The notes: generated by a model from the letters alone, not told the origin. A stretch of 64,000 nt of DNA from Paramecium tetraurelia (GCA_000165425.1 CT868664.1:62001-126000); one strand, 5' to 3'. Shown: positions 13,400 to 25,990, counted from the stretch's first letter. Translations and numbers: made by a program.

Positions 13400-14300
13400 A
13401 AGTTCTTATCAAATACTTTGAATGCACTTATAAATAGTAAAATATGTACTCATAATTAGAAAGCTTGATATACTTTATGAAAAAATCCACCCTTGTAAAA
13501 AGATTGTAGAATTCTCTTAAGCCATAATTAAAAAGTATGAAATAGAAAAAGAACTCCTTAATGAATACATAGATAATTACATTTAGAAAATTATTAAATA
13601 TACTCAAGAAAATCTAGATAAATTTTTAAGTTAAATCTTATAATTTGTTAATAATAAACTTTGGATTTGGATGAAAATTTTGAAAAACAATTAATTTTCC
13701 GTTAAAAGCCCCCAATCTTTAGAAACCCATTATAACTAATTAATTGTTTTGACTCTCAGAAGTCAAGCCCATAAATTTAATTTACGGATGATTTCAAGAC
13801 TGCCCAGGCACTTGATTAAAAGTGTTTCCTTTATTATTCAGGAAAGGAAAAATAAGCAAGTTCGTCATGGATGTAAGAATGAATACCCTAAATATTGATG
13901 ACTATATCTTCAATGTAGAAGTGGTTAGTTTAAACAATAATCCAAATAATTATTAAGCCTGCTATTTACTTACAGATAAGGGAACACTAATAAGAGATAA
14001 AGAATCATTGTAAAATAATCTAACAGTAAATAATGGCTCAATAATTAAAGTCTGTCATAGTAAAAAGTATCCTAGGAAAATATAATTTACAATAGACAAC
14101 AATTTAAAAGTATGTTTTATCTCTATTAATCAACGATAGAATAAGTCTGAAAAATTCTATTTCTTAATCTAAATTCATAATAATTATTAAAAATGTGGAG
14201 GTTAAATTACTTTCTAATCCAAAAAAATATTTCAAAGAACAAAAGGTTTAATTTATACATAATCAATAGAATTGAATGATTGCTATATATATCATTTTAA
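13400..14300 (+). pseudogene. Degraded coding-like region (frame switches, internal TGA), weakly SPRY-like
   Basis: Coding-like stretches in different frames (e.g. CFDSQKSSPQIQFTDDFKTA; YLLTDKGTLIRDKE..NGSIIKVC) that I could not join with canonical tiny introns. Confidence 0.3.
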
Positions 14301-14559
14301 ATATCTTCATATTCTGCATTAAAAAAATGAATTGTTGGTAATGAGGTTTTCCTAAATGAGAAAATATTATTTTTCAAGAGTCTTAAATTAAATTAAATTA
14401 AATTTATTTACATATTTTATATAAACTAAATCATTATTACTGTGAACAATAACTGGGGAGCTCAAAGAACATACTTGAAAGGTATGAATATTAAATAATT
14501 TACTAATCGAAAAAAATTAAATTAAATGGATAAAAATTATCAATTATTTTAGAATCTAA

Positions 14560-14896
14560 AATAATTTTAAATTATTCAACTAACTAATTTATTGATGCAT
14601 ATCAGAACATCATTTGATAAATGCATATATTACATTGATCCTATACAAAAAGGCGTGTGTTTCAATAAGGGTTCCTCTCATTTTAATAATGTAAACTATA
14701 ACAAATTCTAAAATAAATTATCAAAATTTAGATATATCTGAATTTTTAAGAGACTCAATAGCCATTCAATAGCTACGAATGGATCTTTTCTATTAAATGA
14801 TTTTGCCAACAAATTTGCAATGTTTAAATTTTGCTCATCAGAAAATTCTTCATAATTTATTTGTAAATTTACAATACTAGATGAAATATAGGACAT
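14560..14896 (-). pseudogene. Gene remnant with an N-terminus reminiscent of GNAT acetyltransferases
   Basis: MSYISS..NLNIANLLAKSFNRKDPF, then an in-frame TGA near 14678 and decay into AT-rich sequence. Confidence 0.25.
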
Positions 14897-15400
14897 TTTT
14901 GAATCTAATTATTATTTTTACTTGATGAAAATGAAGTTGAAACATAATGAAGGGAATTGAGATTAACATTTTATAAACTGATGATTCTGAATGAAAAGTC
15001 ACAGATATCAAATAATTTTTCAGTAAAAAGAATTACTATATTAAGATCGATATATTTGAAGTTGAATTAATATCGTTTCAATTTAAAATCTATGTATCCC
15101 ACACTGTAATTTGTTTTGTCTTATTATTAACTTACCTATTGAAATTTAATGATATTATTAATAAGTAAATAATAGTTCAAACAATAGGTATTTTGAATAA
15201 AATGAATAAAGTTAAATAATTCATATTGAGTTTTTTATTAAGTAATTGTAAAGTTTGGAGGTGTTTTGTAATTTTGGATTAAAATTAATAATTTGATGCA
15301 TTTTAAATCTTTTGGAAATAAACTAAAATTGGAACAGGATTTACTTTATGTTATTGTAAATACAAATTCAAAAGATGAATCAGATGTTCTGATCCAAAGA

Positions 15401-15573
15401 GAAAAATTCGTTTTTGGTTCTTCGGATATCTTGAAATATGAGTTTTTTAGTAGTATTTGACTTACAAGGTAAATGAAATGCTTAGAATAGGATGTTTAAG
15501 TAGATAGATGGCTATAAAAATGTTGTATTTGGTTTGATTAATTTATGGTTGATAATGGGAAAAATTCGTTTTT
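15401..15573 (+). promoter_or_regulatory. Exact 15-bp direct repeat GAAAAATTCGTTTTT (15401-15415 and 15559-15573) upstream of the TMP gene
   Basis: Two identical copies; the second ends 21 nt before the TMP ATG. The regulatory role is inferred. Confidence 0.4.
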
Positions 15574-15594
15574 ATGTGATTGATAATAAAATAA

Positions 15595-16722
15595 ATGAAA
15601 TCAATTATTCTGATTGCCCTCATTGCTGTGGCTTTCACAGCTAGAGTCTAAGAGAGAAACATGGCCAAAGTGTAAGCTGATTTGGCTAAGAGCAATTACG
15701 GAAAGGCCTTGCTTCATTTAGTTGAGTTACACTCAATGGCTGGAGGACCAGTTCAAGAATTGATTGATGCTATTGAAGAACTCATCAACGATTTAGAAGA
15801 GGAATTAGAAGAATTAGAATTCAATTTCTAAGTGAGAACAAACGAACACAATGCCTTGGTTGTTTCATTAGAATAAGACATCTAAGATGCTGTCATTGGT
15901 AAAAATACATATTGAATATTTTAGATGTTAACAATACACAAGATACTTTGGATAACCTTTTGTACCCAAGAAGAGGTTAAATTCAAGACAAGATTGACTC
16001 TGTCATTGGATATCAAGAAGACAACAGAAAGAATTATGATGAGGCTATCTTAGTTAGAGGATAAGAGCATGATGCCTTTGAAGCATAAGTTGCCGAATTG
16101 AACGATGCTACAGCTTCAGTTGATGATGCTTTGGCCCTCCTTGCTTCACTCACCAACCCATCTTTGTTGTAAATCAGAAGATTCCAAAATACACTTAAGA
16201 ACATTGAGAGCAAGATCAGATCTAGATCCAGAATGGCTCCAATGATCAAGGCTTTGATTAGTTTAGCATCAAATCAAAACTTCTCCAACTAAGACGTATT
16301 GAAGAACATCGTTGATGCCCTTAACGAATTCAGAAATGCTGTTGTTGATTAAATTAATGACTTGACAGCCTAAGAAGCCCAAGATGTTATTGATCATGAA
16401 GCCTACCTTGAATAATTGGATGACGAATACCATGAATTCTAAAGACAAATCGACAGAGCTACCGTAGATTTGACTGCCACCAATGGTATCCATTATAAAT
16501 TAACTATTTATAGAAAAGATCGACTCCATGGTTGAATTCAGAGACTAAAGAGCTGCTGATTAAAAGCAATACACAGCCGAATTAGAATTGGAAAATAACA
16601 CCTATGCTGAAGAAACCGATATCTACACCAACACCAAGAATGAATTCACCAGAGAATTGGGAGTCAGTGAGTAAGCTTTGGCTCTTGTTAAGAGTGTCGA
16701 CTTCTCAAACGTCAAAGTTTGA
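15595..16722 (+). CDS. TMP: Trichocyst matrix protein (TMP/GRL family, T1-like) precursor
   Basis: Signal peptide MKSIILIALIAVAFTA; pro-region ending LVELHSMAGGPVQELIDAIEELI; RTNEHN, LLYPRR, PSLLQ; basic central linker; NFSNQD. Introns 15899-15924 and 16486-16513. Confidence 0.92.
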
Positions 16723-17391
16723 TAATCATCCACATTATTATAAATATCATTTAATTTTAACAGCTATATATATATATATCTATATTAAATTTGATGATGG
16801 CAACTAACTTAATATATAATACTATTTGTAAATTAAATAGGTATATCTAATATTCACATAGATTTTTAAGTGAAATTTAGAAAATTTTAGAAATTGAATT
16901 CAAATCTTATCTACAGATTTAAATTTTTCCCTTTTATTTGAATTATTGAAAATAACAAATACAGGAAAAATCCAAAAATTGTATGTAATTTCAATCTAGT
17001 TTTATATTTTTTCATTTTTAGCTTCAAGAATTAACATTTTAATCTTATGTTCTCTTTGATTTATCATATTCGATAGGAATATAGTTTCTCCTTTTGAAAT
17101 GATCCTTTTTTAACATAATTGAGATCTGAAATTTTGAGGACTGAAAAATTATCCCAATTATGTAATTGATAAATTTAATCTCAGTATTGACCAGTTCTTT
17201 GAGCGATTGATCAATTATTTATTTTAATTACGATGTAGGTTAGAATTGCAATTAGAGTAAATTTAATCAATTAAAAAATAATAAAATAATATTTCATTTC
17301 AGATACGTAATAATGAAAATAGTAACTATTATGATTTGCTTATAAAATGGCAACAATTTCGAATGATAATCATTAAAAATTATTAATATAC

Positions 17392-18378
17392 ATGTTAACC
17401 TTTCAATTACAATATCAACTTTTATTTGGTGATGCAATATATATTTCTGGTGATTCTGACTATTTTGGCAGATGGTCTTTGAATCAAGCTAAACGAATGC
17501 AATGGAATCAGGTAAGCCAAATCTCTTAAATAGGGACATCTTTGGACCATCGAAATCCCCATCCATGACTTCCAATACAAATATTTTGCCTCTACTTTCA
17601 ACCAACCAACCAATGTCGAATGGGAGTTTGGCCCCAATCGTCTCATGAGAACAACGGAATCCTCACGTATTCAATATTTAAATTTTAAAGACATAGTTGA
17701 CATATGGAATCACAGAAAGGTGATGTTCCAATGCTACAACCCTCAGAAGTATCCCATGCTTATTTCTGGATCCACCTTGGATCTTGGCAATAATATTAAG
17801 CGAGTACACATGAAGTAAAAATAAGATATATCCTATAAAAAAATAATTGCCAATGTTATTGAGGATAAAGTGATTCATTATCAATTCCACGTCAAAACGA
17901 AAAAACACTATTCAAGTTCTATAATGAGTTTATATTTGGATACTGCAGCGTTGCAAAACTCCAACCTCAGCTTTTCATACAAAAACTACATCGTAGCTTC
18001 TTGTGAAGGAATTGAAACCATTACAAAATCAATCTATCAATTGGATAGTCATATTTGTTACGGTTATGTTCCTAATGATAAAACAGATTTTAATTTGCTT
18101 AAGGATTATAATGTCCACACAATAGTCGAATTCTCAAGTTAAGTTGACTAACCAACCTATTCTGTTAAATTTGGAGACTTTAATTATCACACTGTCAATT
18201 TTCGTTCAAATATGAATGAAAATTACATTTCAAGACTTTGTTCCTTCATTCAATTATTAATTACCAAATATCAAGTATTTATCAACTTAATTAATAGGTC
18301 ATTTATGTGTGTAATAATTCACTTTCTCATGTGAGAAAGTATCTCTAAGTTTACAAAAGTTTAGGGATATCGAAATGA
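17392..18378 (+). CDS. CBM20 starch/glycogen-binding domain(s) plus degenerate dual-specificity-phosphatase domain (laforin-like architecture)
   Basis: FGDAIYISGDSDYFGRWSLNQAKRMQWNQGHLWTIEI..FQYKY..VEWEFGPNR is CBM20. A second eroded CBM20 follows. Then IYQLDSHICYGYVP..LKDYNVHTIVEF..VIYVCNNSLSH, which is DSP-like. Confidence 0.75.
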
Positions 18379-18539
18379 AGATATTTACTTACTTATTTAC
18401 GTGTATTTTCTGAACATTTAATTATTTTTAGTTTTAATTTATTTATACCTAATCACAATTAATCATTTTGATTAAAAATCAGAATACTTATAATTTGTGA
18501 AAAATAGTATGATATTATAAAATATGAAATTATATAATT

Positions 18540-18911
18540 ATGTAAAAATATTAAGAGTAATATGCAAAATAATCTGAAGAAATTTTAGGATTATTTCTGG
18601 ATATGGCAGAGGAGGGAGAATAACCGAAAATAATGAGCAGATTGAAAAAAACATTAAAAAAAGCATAAAAGAATGTACATATTGTTGATGATAACAAGTT
18701 GGATAGAATGGAAATGGAAAGTATGTCTGGAGAGTAAAGACTATAGGTTTGGCAATAGCAAAATGATATGCATAAAACCATTATGGAAATTCAAGGATTA
18801 AGTTCAGATTCTGATGATGAAGAAGAGTTCGTTTACAACGGATCAAAGTTTAACCTCATCAACATGATAGTGCTACTTTTAACTATTGTTCTCATCAGTC
18901 AATATCCATGA
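18540..18911 (+). CDS. Small tail-anchored protein resembling the N-terminal Habc domain of Vti1-type Qb-SNAREs
   Basis: MQKYQEQY..LKKTLKKAQKNLDRMEMESMSGEQR, short acidic linker, then LINMIVLLLTIVLISQYP*. Confidence 0.5.
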
Positions 18912-19064
18912 CTCAAGATAATATTTACTATAATAAATACATTTATTTGGAATCTCAATTTTATTACTATATTTTAAAAAGCCTCATAATAATCAATATA
19001 TACCATTACATTATAGAAACCAAACTAAAACCTTAAAATCAAAAAACAATTTTATTTCCAAACT

Positions 19065-19550
19065 TCATTCAGAAGTAAAACCTTCAGTCTCTTATTAGAT
19101 TTCGTCATTGACAATCTTTAAATGTTTCTCACTTCCTTCGCTTAATAGATCTTACAAAAAGTAAACCCTAGAATGCAATTCAGTTTATTGAAATAGACTT
19201 ATTTCTGAATCTTCGAATCGAAAAAATTACTGTTCTAAAAAATATTTTTGTTGTGCCTCATTCTATGTCAGAGGTAATTGCTCTTTACAAAGACACAGGT
19301 TTCTTAGTAATTAAAATTTTGTGGATTATTTGCCTTTATCTATTTGCTTATTGAAGTTTTAAATTCTCTTGGATTAAGAAAAACAATAAAGTTGGTGGAA
19401 TTCAACTGCATCAATTATACATTAAGCTAATTTCTTATTCTTATCTTACTCCAAAATTCTTGAAGGATGGAAGTTGAGAAGGTCTCTTAAAATCTGAAAC
19501 TGTATTTTTTCAACTAAGTAGTTTTCTTTATCTAATATTTTGGTTTTCAT
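19065..19550 (-). CDS. Hypothetical protein (start uncertain)
   Basis: ~160 codons without TGA, from MKTKILDKENYLVEK to ETEGFTSE*. Confidence 0.45.
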
Positions 19551-19976
19551 TATTTTTCTTTATCGTTGGCTGATATAGTCTTTTTGGAATACTTGGAGGT
19601 ATGAATTCAAATGGGTTAAACTATTTACCGAATTGAATTTTTGTATAAAATTATCTCAAATTTTGTTTTTTCGAATACTAAGATTTCACACAAATATAAA
19701 GTAAAAAATAAATAAATATTTTCATTTGATAACATTCTTATGAAAAATACAGATGCTCTTATAAACTAATTTCTAACACTAAGCACCTAATGATAATTTA
19801 AATAGTCTTTGTGATCCATTCATTAATTTTCTTATTTGAATGGTTTTTCTTTATATAAAATTAATATATGGGAAATTTAGAACAATAAATGTGGTAAGTA
19901 TAAATAAGAGGTATTCTTAATCTTCATTTTTGGATTGAGACTTAAATTAAACAGTTTAAATCATTTTATAATATTA

Positions 19977-21075
19977 ATGACACGACATTCTTAGATTATC
20001 AACACCCACAAAACCATATCCTCAGTTGATGATCTTCCAGGTTTAAGTATACATGAGAAGCTATTTAAAGGAGGATATGGTACAATATTCAAGGGTGTGG
20101 ATCACACTACAAAATAAGAAATTGCTATCAAATATTCTAAGTTTGACTTATCTAATGAATACAAAATTATGAAAAAGTTATCACATATACCAGGAATTCC
20201 TAAAGCATACTCTTTAGGAGAATAAAGCAAATCTACATATTTAAGCATGGAATATTTAAATTCAGATCTGCATACTCTAAGGGCTAAACTGAAATAACTC
20301 TCTTTAAGAAGCATCTGCTGTATTGCCATCAAAGTACTCGAAATATTGAAAGAAGTTCATGCTTTAAATATTGTACATAGAGATATCAAGCCTACAAATC
20401 TAATGATAAAATCACTTGAAGGTGTTTAATATTGTAATGATTCTTAGATTCATAAATATATCTGATTGATTTTGGGATAGCTAAGGAAGCTGACTAATTT
20501 GTGTATACTGAAGAAGTGGAAGGCACTCTGCTCTACGATCCTCTTTAGGTGCATAGAAGATAACCCTACAGATTCATTGACGATATTGAAATGCTTGCAT
20601 ACACCCTTGTATTTCTGTATAAAGGTAAAATAGCGTTGATCATAGGTCACCTACCGTGGATGAAATTTCCAAACAACATACTTTACAACGAGGAGGTGAT
20701 GAGACATAAGGAATCCTATCTGAGTTCTAAAACCATGAGCAGACTTCCTTTTGCTGAACTCTTTGGGTACATCAAGTGGAATCAAAATGTTAATAGACCA
20801 GATCATGATTTTTTGATTTCATTATTTAAGAAGATCTTGGCAGACAATAAAATGCTGGAGAACTACCTGTATGATTGGGTTGAAAATATCACTCCTCTTA
20901 CATCTTCTAAAACAAAGACAACTATCAGTATATTCAATTACTTTTGTGATGAGAATGAACATAGTTAAACAGGTACATGTAATCATTATGGAATGTAGAC
21001 TTATCTGATGATGAAGAAAGCCAAGTTGTTTTTACGTTGACAAAATAGGTTTACAAATTCTTTTAAAAGGAATGA
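19977..21075 (+). CDS. Casein kinase 1-family Ser/Thr kinase (divergent)
   Basis: KGGYGTIFKG, IAIK, HRDIKPTNLM, YLIDFGIAK, DDIEMLAYTLVFLYKGHLPW, YLYDW. Three tiny introns. Confidence 0.85.
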
Positions 21076-21194
21076 CATAATTTGAATATATATTTTAGTA
21101 ATTTTATAAAAGATAGAAGGTGATCATAATGTTAATTCTTATTGAGATTAACATGTTCTGAAAGATTAAATTTAATATTAATATATTTTTTTAA

Positions 21195-23631
21195 ATGAGC
21201 AACTACAAAAAATCCATTGTGAAATGTAATTTAAATAACTAATTAAAAGTTCTTAGGTCGATTGATCTGTTTGGATAAAATATTCTTCTCAATCTCAACG
21301 GCGAAGATTAGTATAAAACTGGGTGCGGAGGGATGATGACTTTATTCATTTTGGCAATCGTTGTGTTATTCTTTTAATCCAACATATAAGATTTCGTCAA
21401 CAAAGTCAATATTCAAAGCGAATCCAATCAAGTCTTTGAAGATCAGCCAGATTAAATATAAATTAATGATACAAACTTCATGTTTGCAGTAGCTATAGAA
21501 TAAACGAATTTCAATTCTAATCCATTTTTCAACATCACCATGTCCACAAGGTATTCCCTCTTAATAAACTAGACGTTACGAACGCTTAGGCGATGGATCA
21601 CTATCGAAGGAAGAGTCCCTAATGGATCTTGTTCCATGCACAGTCGAGAGATTCCAATAGATTTTTAATCAGTTTGGATAAAATTTTACTCAGCAATATA
21701 ATGAGATTGGTTTAGACTCTTGGCTGTGTCCATAGTATTTAACGCCATTATAATTAGACTGAATTACTCATTCACCCTAAAGGGAAGGTACTCTAATAAG
21801 TTTTTTGATTTCCTGAAAATAACTGTTAGCCAATGTAGCAACTCCTCCCAGACAAATTCCTTTTATACATGGTAACCTAATTGTGCATCTGAAGAAGCTG
21901 TTTCTCAATGGCTCATGCAACAGAGATAATATCGAGTTAAGATGTATAAATTACAATTAGTTCAGATATATTACAAACCAAATGATCAGCCCACAAAAGG
22001 GAGATGATTATGTTTAATCCTTTTTAGATGATGAATTATTTTTCTCTTTCATCCCCTAAGTCATTGGTAAGGAAGTCGACATATTCTTTACTAAATATCT
22101 TATGCAAACCGATAATAATCTCCTTCCAACTGGCAGTGAATTTGATACAACAGAGATGTTTGCCAAAGAATAAGGAGACTATCGAGATTAAAACAGTTAT
22201 GCTAGTGATACTTATGCAACAATCTATCTCAGAAGATCCCCTTACACTACCTACATATCGAGATCGTATTAAAAATTGGATAAGATGCTCTCAATTTTAG
22301 GAGGATTTGCTAATATTGTAATTGTTGTTTTCGGGTTCTTTGTTGGCATGTATAATAAACAATTATGTAATCTATAATTTGATTTCCATTTAGATTTAAT
22401 TGAATTGGCAAATCAAATTTATGACTTTAATTTTGGGTAGGAATATCATGAGAAATTTGAAAGGGAAAAATTGGCCTAAGACATTACATATCTAAAGTCA
22501 CAACCTATGATTTTAAGTAGATGTAGTCCTATTTCATCAATGAATCCTGGAAATAGTTCTTTAGGTAAGAATTATAGAATGTCGATTCGATAAACTTTCT
22601 CTTAGAAATTGGACTACATTTAAGGAGTTAAGGCTAATAAGGATGAATCATGCAAGATGATTATCGGTAGTCATTGGCAGCCGATGGGAGACAAGGATGT
22701 TGAATGGCAAAGTGCAGATGCTGCTGATGCCTACAATCATCATTAGGTAGATGTCTCTGACATCATAAAAGAAAATGCAAAGAATTATTAAGAGGATCCA
22801 AGAATTTCTAAAGATTAGACTGAATAGGATCGGAAGAAATCCTGCAAAGAAATCCGTTAAAAAATAGTTTAGAAAATCGGAAATCATAATAGAAAGGAAT
22901 ATCTGACGAAGCAAATTTAAGCCATGCTTGATCGCAGTAAACCTATTGTCTTTACAATTAAATTTTTACTACATTAATTGTTTTGTGGAAAGTTCTTTTA
23001 GGATTAAAATTCAATTTTGTTAAATAAAGCTATGTATCAAATTAAATTAAAAATAGAAAGAAAATCAACTCAGATATTGACATATGTGTATTGATAGACA
23101 AAGTGAATGAAATCGAATTGATTAAAGAACTATTATTGAATAAAGATCAATAGATTTTGTTTAACTTTGCTCCTAAAGAAGTGATTACAATTGATAATGA
23201 GTACCATTAACATTAGCCTCCTGGTAGAAGGGAAAATAAGTATTTTATTGAATCTAAATCTCTATAGAAGAGCATTCACGAAGACTCTTGGAGTTCAATT
23301 TGGAGATGTAGCCAAAATGATGTTAGATAAAAAGTTTAAGAAAGGGCAGTTTGTCACTCCTGGAATGCAAATATATTATAAGCTTTATTCAGCGTATGAG
23401 AAGGTTGCGTTATCAAATGAAAAGAACAATCGGTTCAACTAAGTTTTGATTGAAAAACTTGGCCAAGAGGTTAAAGATGTTTTTGACATATCCAATTATA
23501 TTCAAGGCGATAAGACTAATAAGCATATAGAAAAACTAAGAAAAAAGAAAAATAATCCTTAGGAAGAAGAGTAGCCAATTGGATTAACAAGTATGGATTA
23601 CAGAGATATTAATTAATCTATGATTAAATGA
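21195..23631 (+). CDS. Ciliate two-transmembrane protein with large Cys-containing extracellular loop (paralog A)
   Basis: IDLFGQ..YKTGCGGMMTLFILAIVVLFF (TM1); LVPCTVERF, WLCP; RSYQKLDKMLSILGGFANIVIVVFGFFVGMYN (TM2); ELANQIYDF; long cytosolic tail. Multiple tiny introns. Confidence 0.85.
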
Positions 23632-23636
23632 AATTC

Positions 23637-24218
23637 TCATTTATGTGTTATTGTTACTCCCAAGAGTTTAACAAACTCTCTAAAGGCATTTGCATGTCCT
23701 GGCCAAGCTGGAGATGTTACAATATTGCCATCGACAACGACTTCGTCATATCCAACCTTCTCATAGACACCGCCTTGTTTTGTCACTTCAAATTTGCAAG
23801 CAGGATAACATGTCAATTTTTTGCCTTCTAGTCCTCCTACTGCTGTCAATAATTGTATTCCATGACAGACAGCTACTATTGGTTTCTTCTCTTTAAGGAA
23901 GTGTTCCACAACTACTAATACTTCATCATGTAATCTCAAATATTCAGGAGCCCTTCCTCCTGGTAAAACCAGTCCTGCATATTGGCTTGGATCTTGAGGG
24001 AAATCAGCATTGATTGTGAAGTCATGTCCTCTAGATTCCATATAAGTCTAATCTCCATCTCTAAAATCATGAACAGCTGTCTTAACTTTATCTTATTTCT
24101 TTTTCTATGGGCAAACAGCGTCGACCTAAAATCCTAAAAGAGTTAAAGCTTAAAAGGGGAAATAAATTTCCAAGTCCTCTCCATAGTCTCCGACAATCAT
24201 AAGAATTTTAGAATTCAT
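23637..24218 (-). CDS. DJ-1/PfpI family protein (PfpI/YhbO-like, glyoxalase III/deglycase type)
   Basis: Intronless 193 aa: KILMIVGDYGEDLE, TAVHDF, GLVLPGGRAPEYLR, AVCHG, VVDGNIVTSPAWPGH. Confidence 0.92.
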
Positions 24219-24808
24219 CTATGTTAATATTTAATTTTAATGAAAATATTTATCTTTATAATGATATATATTTCAAGATATGAAACCTTATATTAAATCA
24301 ATAATTTAATATTTCATATTATTTAGACTAGTCTCTATGTTTGAATTACAAATTATTACAACTTAATTTAGGAATAAAATTCTCAAAGTATTAATTAATG
24401 GATTATTAATTTGGCTCTATATATTTTCAACCAATAATAAAAATATCAAAATATACTGATATTCACTATTCCTAGTGAAGTTTTATAAAAACCTATTAAT
24501 AATGATTAAAAAGCCAATGAAATTAATATAAGACTATTATAAATTATATTATTATAAATAATTTAATTGCATTAAATATTATTTGTATCTATTAATTTAT
24601 TTAAATATCTCACAAGACACTTTATTTGAATAGAGTTTCGCTTTTATTTTTTCTTAAATTTAATTAAATTTAGAATTTATCAAAATGTTTCAAGAATGAA
24701 TATTGTTTTTATTAATTTATAGCAGCTATTAGAAAAGATATTATATTCTAACTCTTAAGCGATGACTAAAAGAACATTTATTTAATTATTATTCTTTGAA
24801 ATGAAAAG

Positions 24809-25990
24809 TCAATTAATAATTAAATAATTCATTTTTTAAAAATTTACCTTAACTTAAATCTATTCCATAAATATCCTTATAGATTTGTCTAAGGTAGAGA
24901 TTAGATGCCCTTATCCTTTATGGATAGTGCTAATTTTAGGATTCTTGCTTCGAATGACATTAAATTTCTCTAGGACTGATTTAGAAGTCTCAACAGGATT
25001 AAAAGTCTCCAATTCGTTACCTTACTTAATTTTATTATCTTTTAGTTCCATTTCTTCAGTCTTTTAAACTTCCCTTTGCTATTGTTGAGATTCTAAAGAC
25101 AATGAGTAAAACAATTACTTTTTTCTTCTGATTCTGCTTATTTTAATAATGGAGCCGATCTAGCATGGTCCATAAGAGATACTAGATATTAACATAAGGA
25201 GAATACATGGCAAATTATTAAACATAGTAGCAGTAGCTTAGAAATGTGTTTTTTGATGTAAACTAGGGAGTAAATTTTTGGCAATCAATCTGCTTAAATA
25301 TGCTTTTCTATCAAGTGAACTCATATTTTCAGAGAGATTTTCCATATTTAATACTTTCTTCTTGCTGAATTTCTGATTCCCCACTTGAGTTTATGTGTGA
25401 TCCTTCAAAAACTGTTTTATTCTTCCCAGACTAGTTTTATCTCTGTATCGAAACACATCTCGTTTGATGTCTTTGGAAGGATCCCTTTCACGAAAGCAGT
25501 AATGAACAACTTGTCGATTGGGTAGAAAATCGAGGTCTTTGTTCCTTTCCAAAGCTTCTTGGATAAGATCTTTTTAGTGTTTGAAACCCTTAACATAAAA
25601 TTGCGGATCACCCAAATTTTTGGTTGGGTCTTCCTCTCTAAACGCTTAGGTTGTTGGCTATTTGTATTCAGTACAAACGACTGGATTCTCAAACATATTG
25701 ATCACAAAATTTTCGACTCGTTTCCTATAATTCTAAGCAAATCGATTGTTTAACTCTTGATTTATTGAATCACTTGTACCTTTGCGAACTTCTCGTTCTC
25801 TCATATAACCTTTCTTAATCTTATCTATCTCTTTGGATAAGGCTAGTTATTTCTCATATTAATATGAATTAAAAATTAATAATTTATAATATGCATATTG
25901 TGTACACAATATCTGCTTCAATGATTAACTAAGAAAGATTGATAATGAAAATTGTTGAAGATAGTGTAACAAAATACTTTAAGTATTCAT
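24809..25990 (-). CDS. Hypothetical protein (boundaries uncertain; may be continuous with the 26022-26832 gene)
   Basis: Long code-6 ORF (FREEDPTK..FRERDPSK..LHQKTHFQA) with two tiny introns near the 3' end. Confidence 0.55.

Noticed and set aside
14922..14990. Box C/D-like motifs (TGATGA..CTGA)
   Set aside because: No terminal stem or recognisable rRNA guide; such motifs are expected by chance in AT-rich DNA.
16765..16785. (TA)n tract after the TMP gene
   Set aside because: Ordinary short microsatellite.
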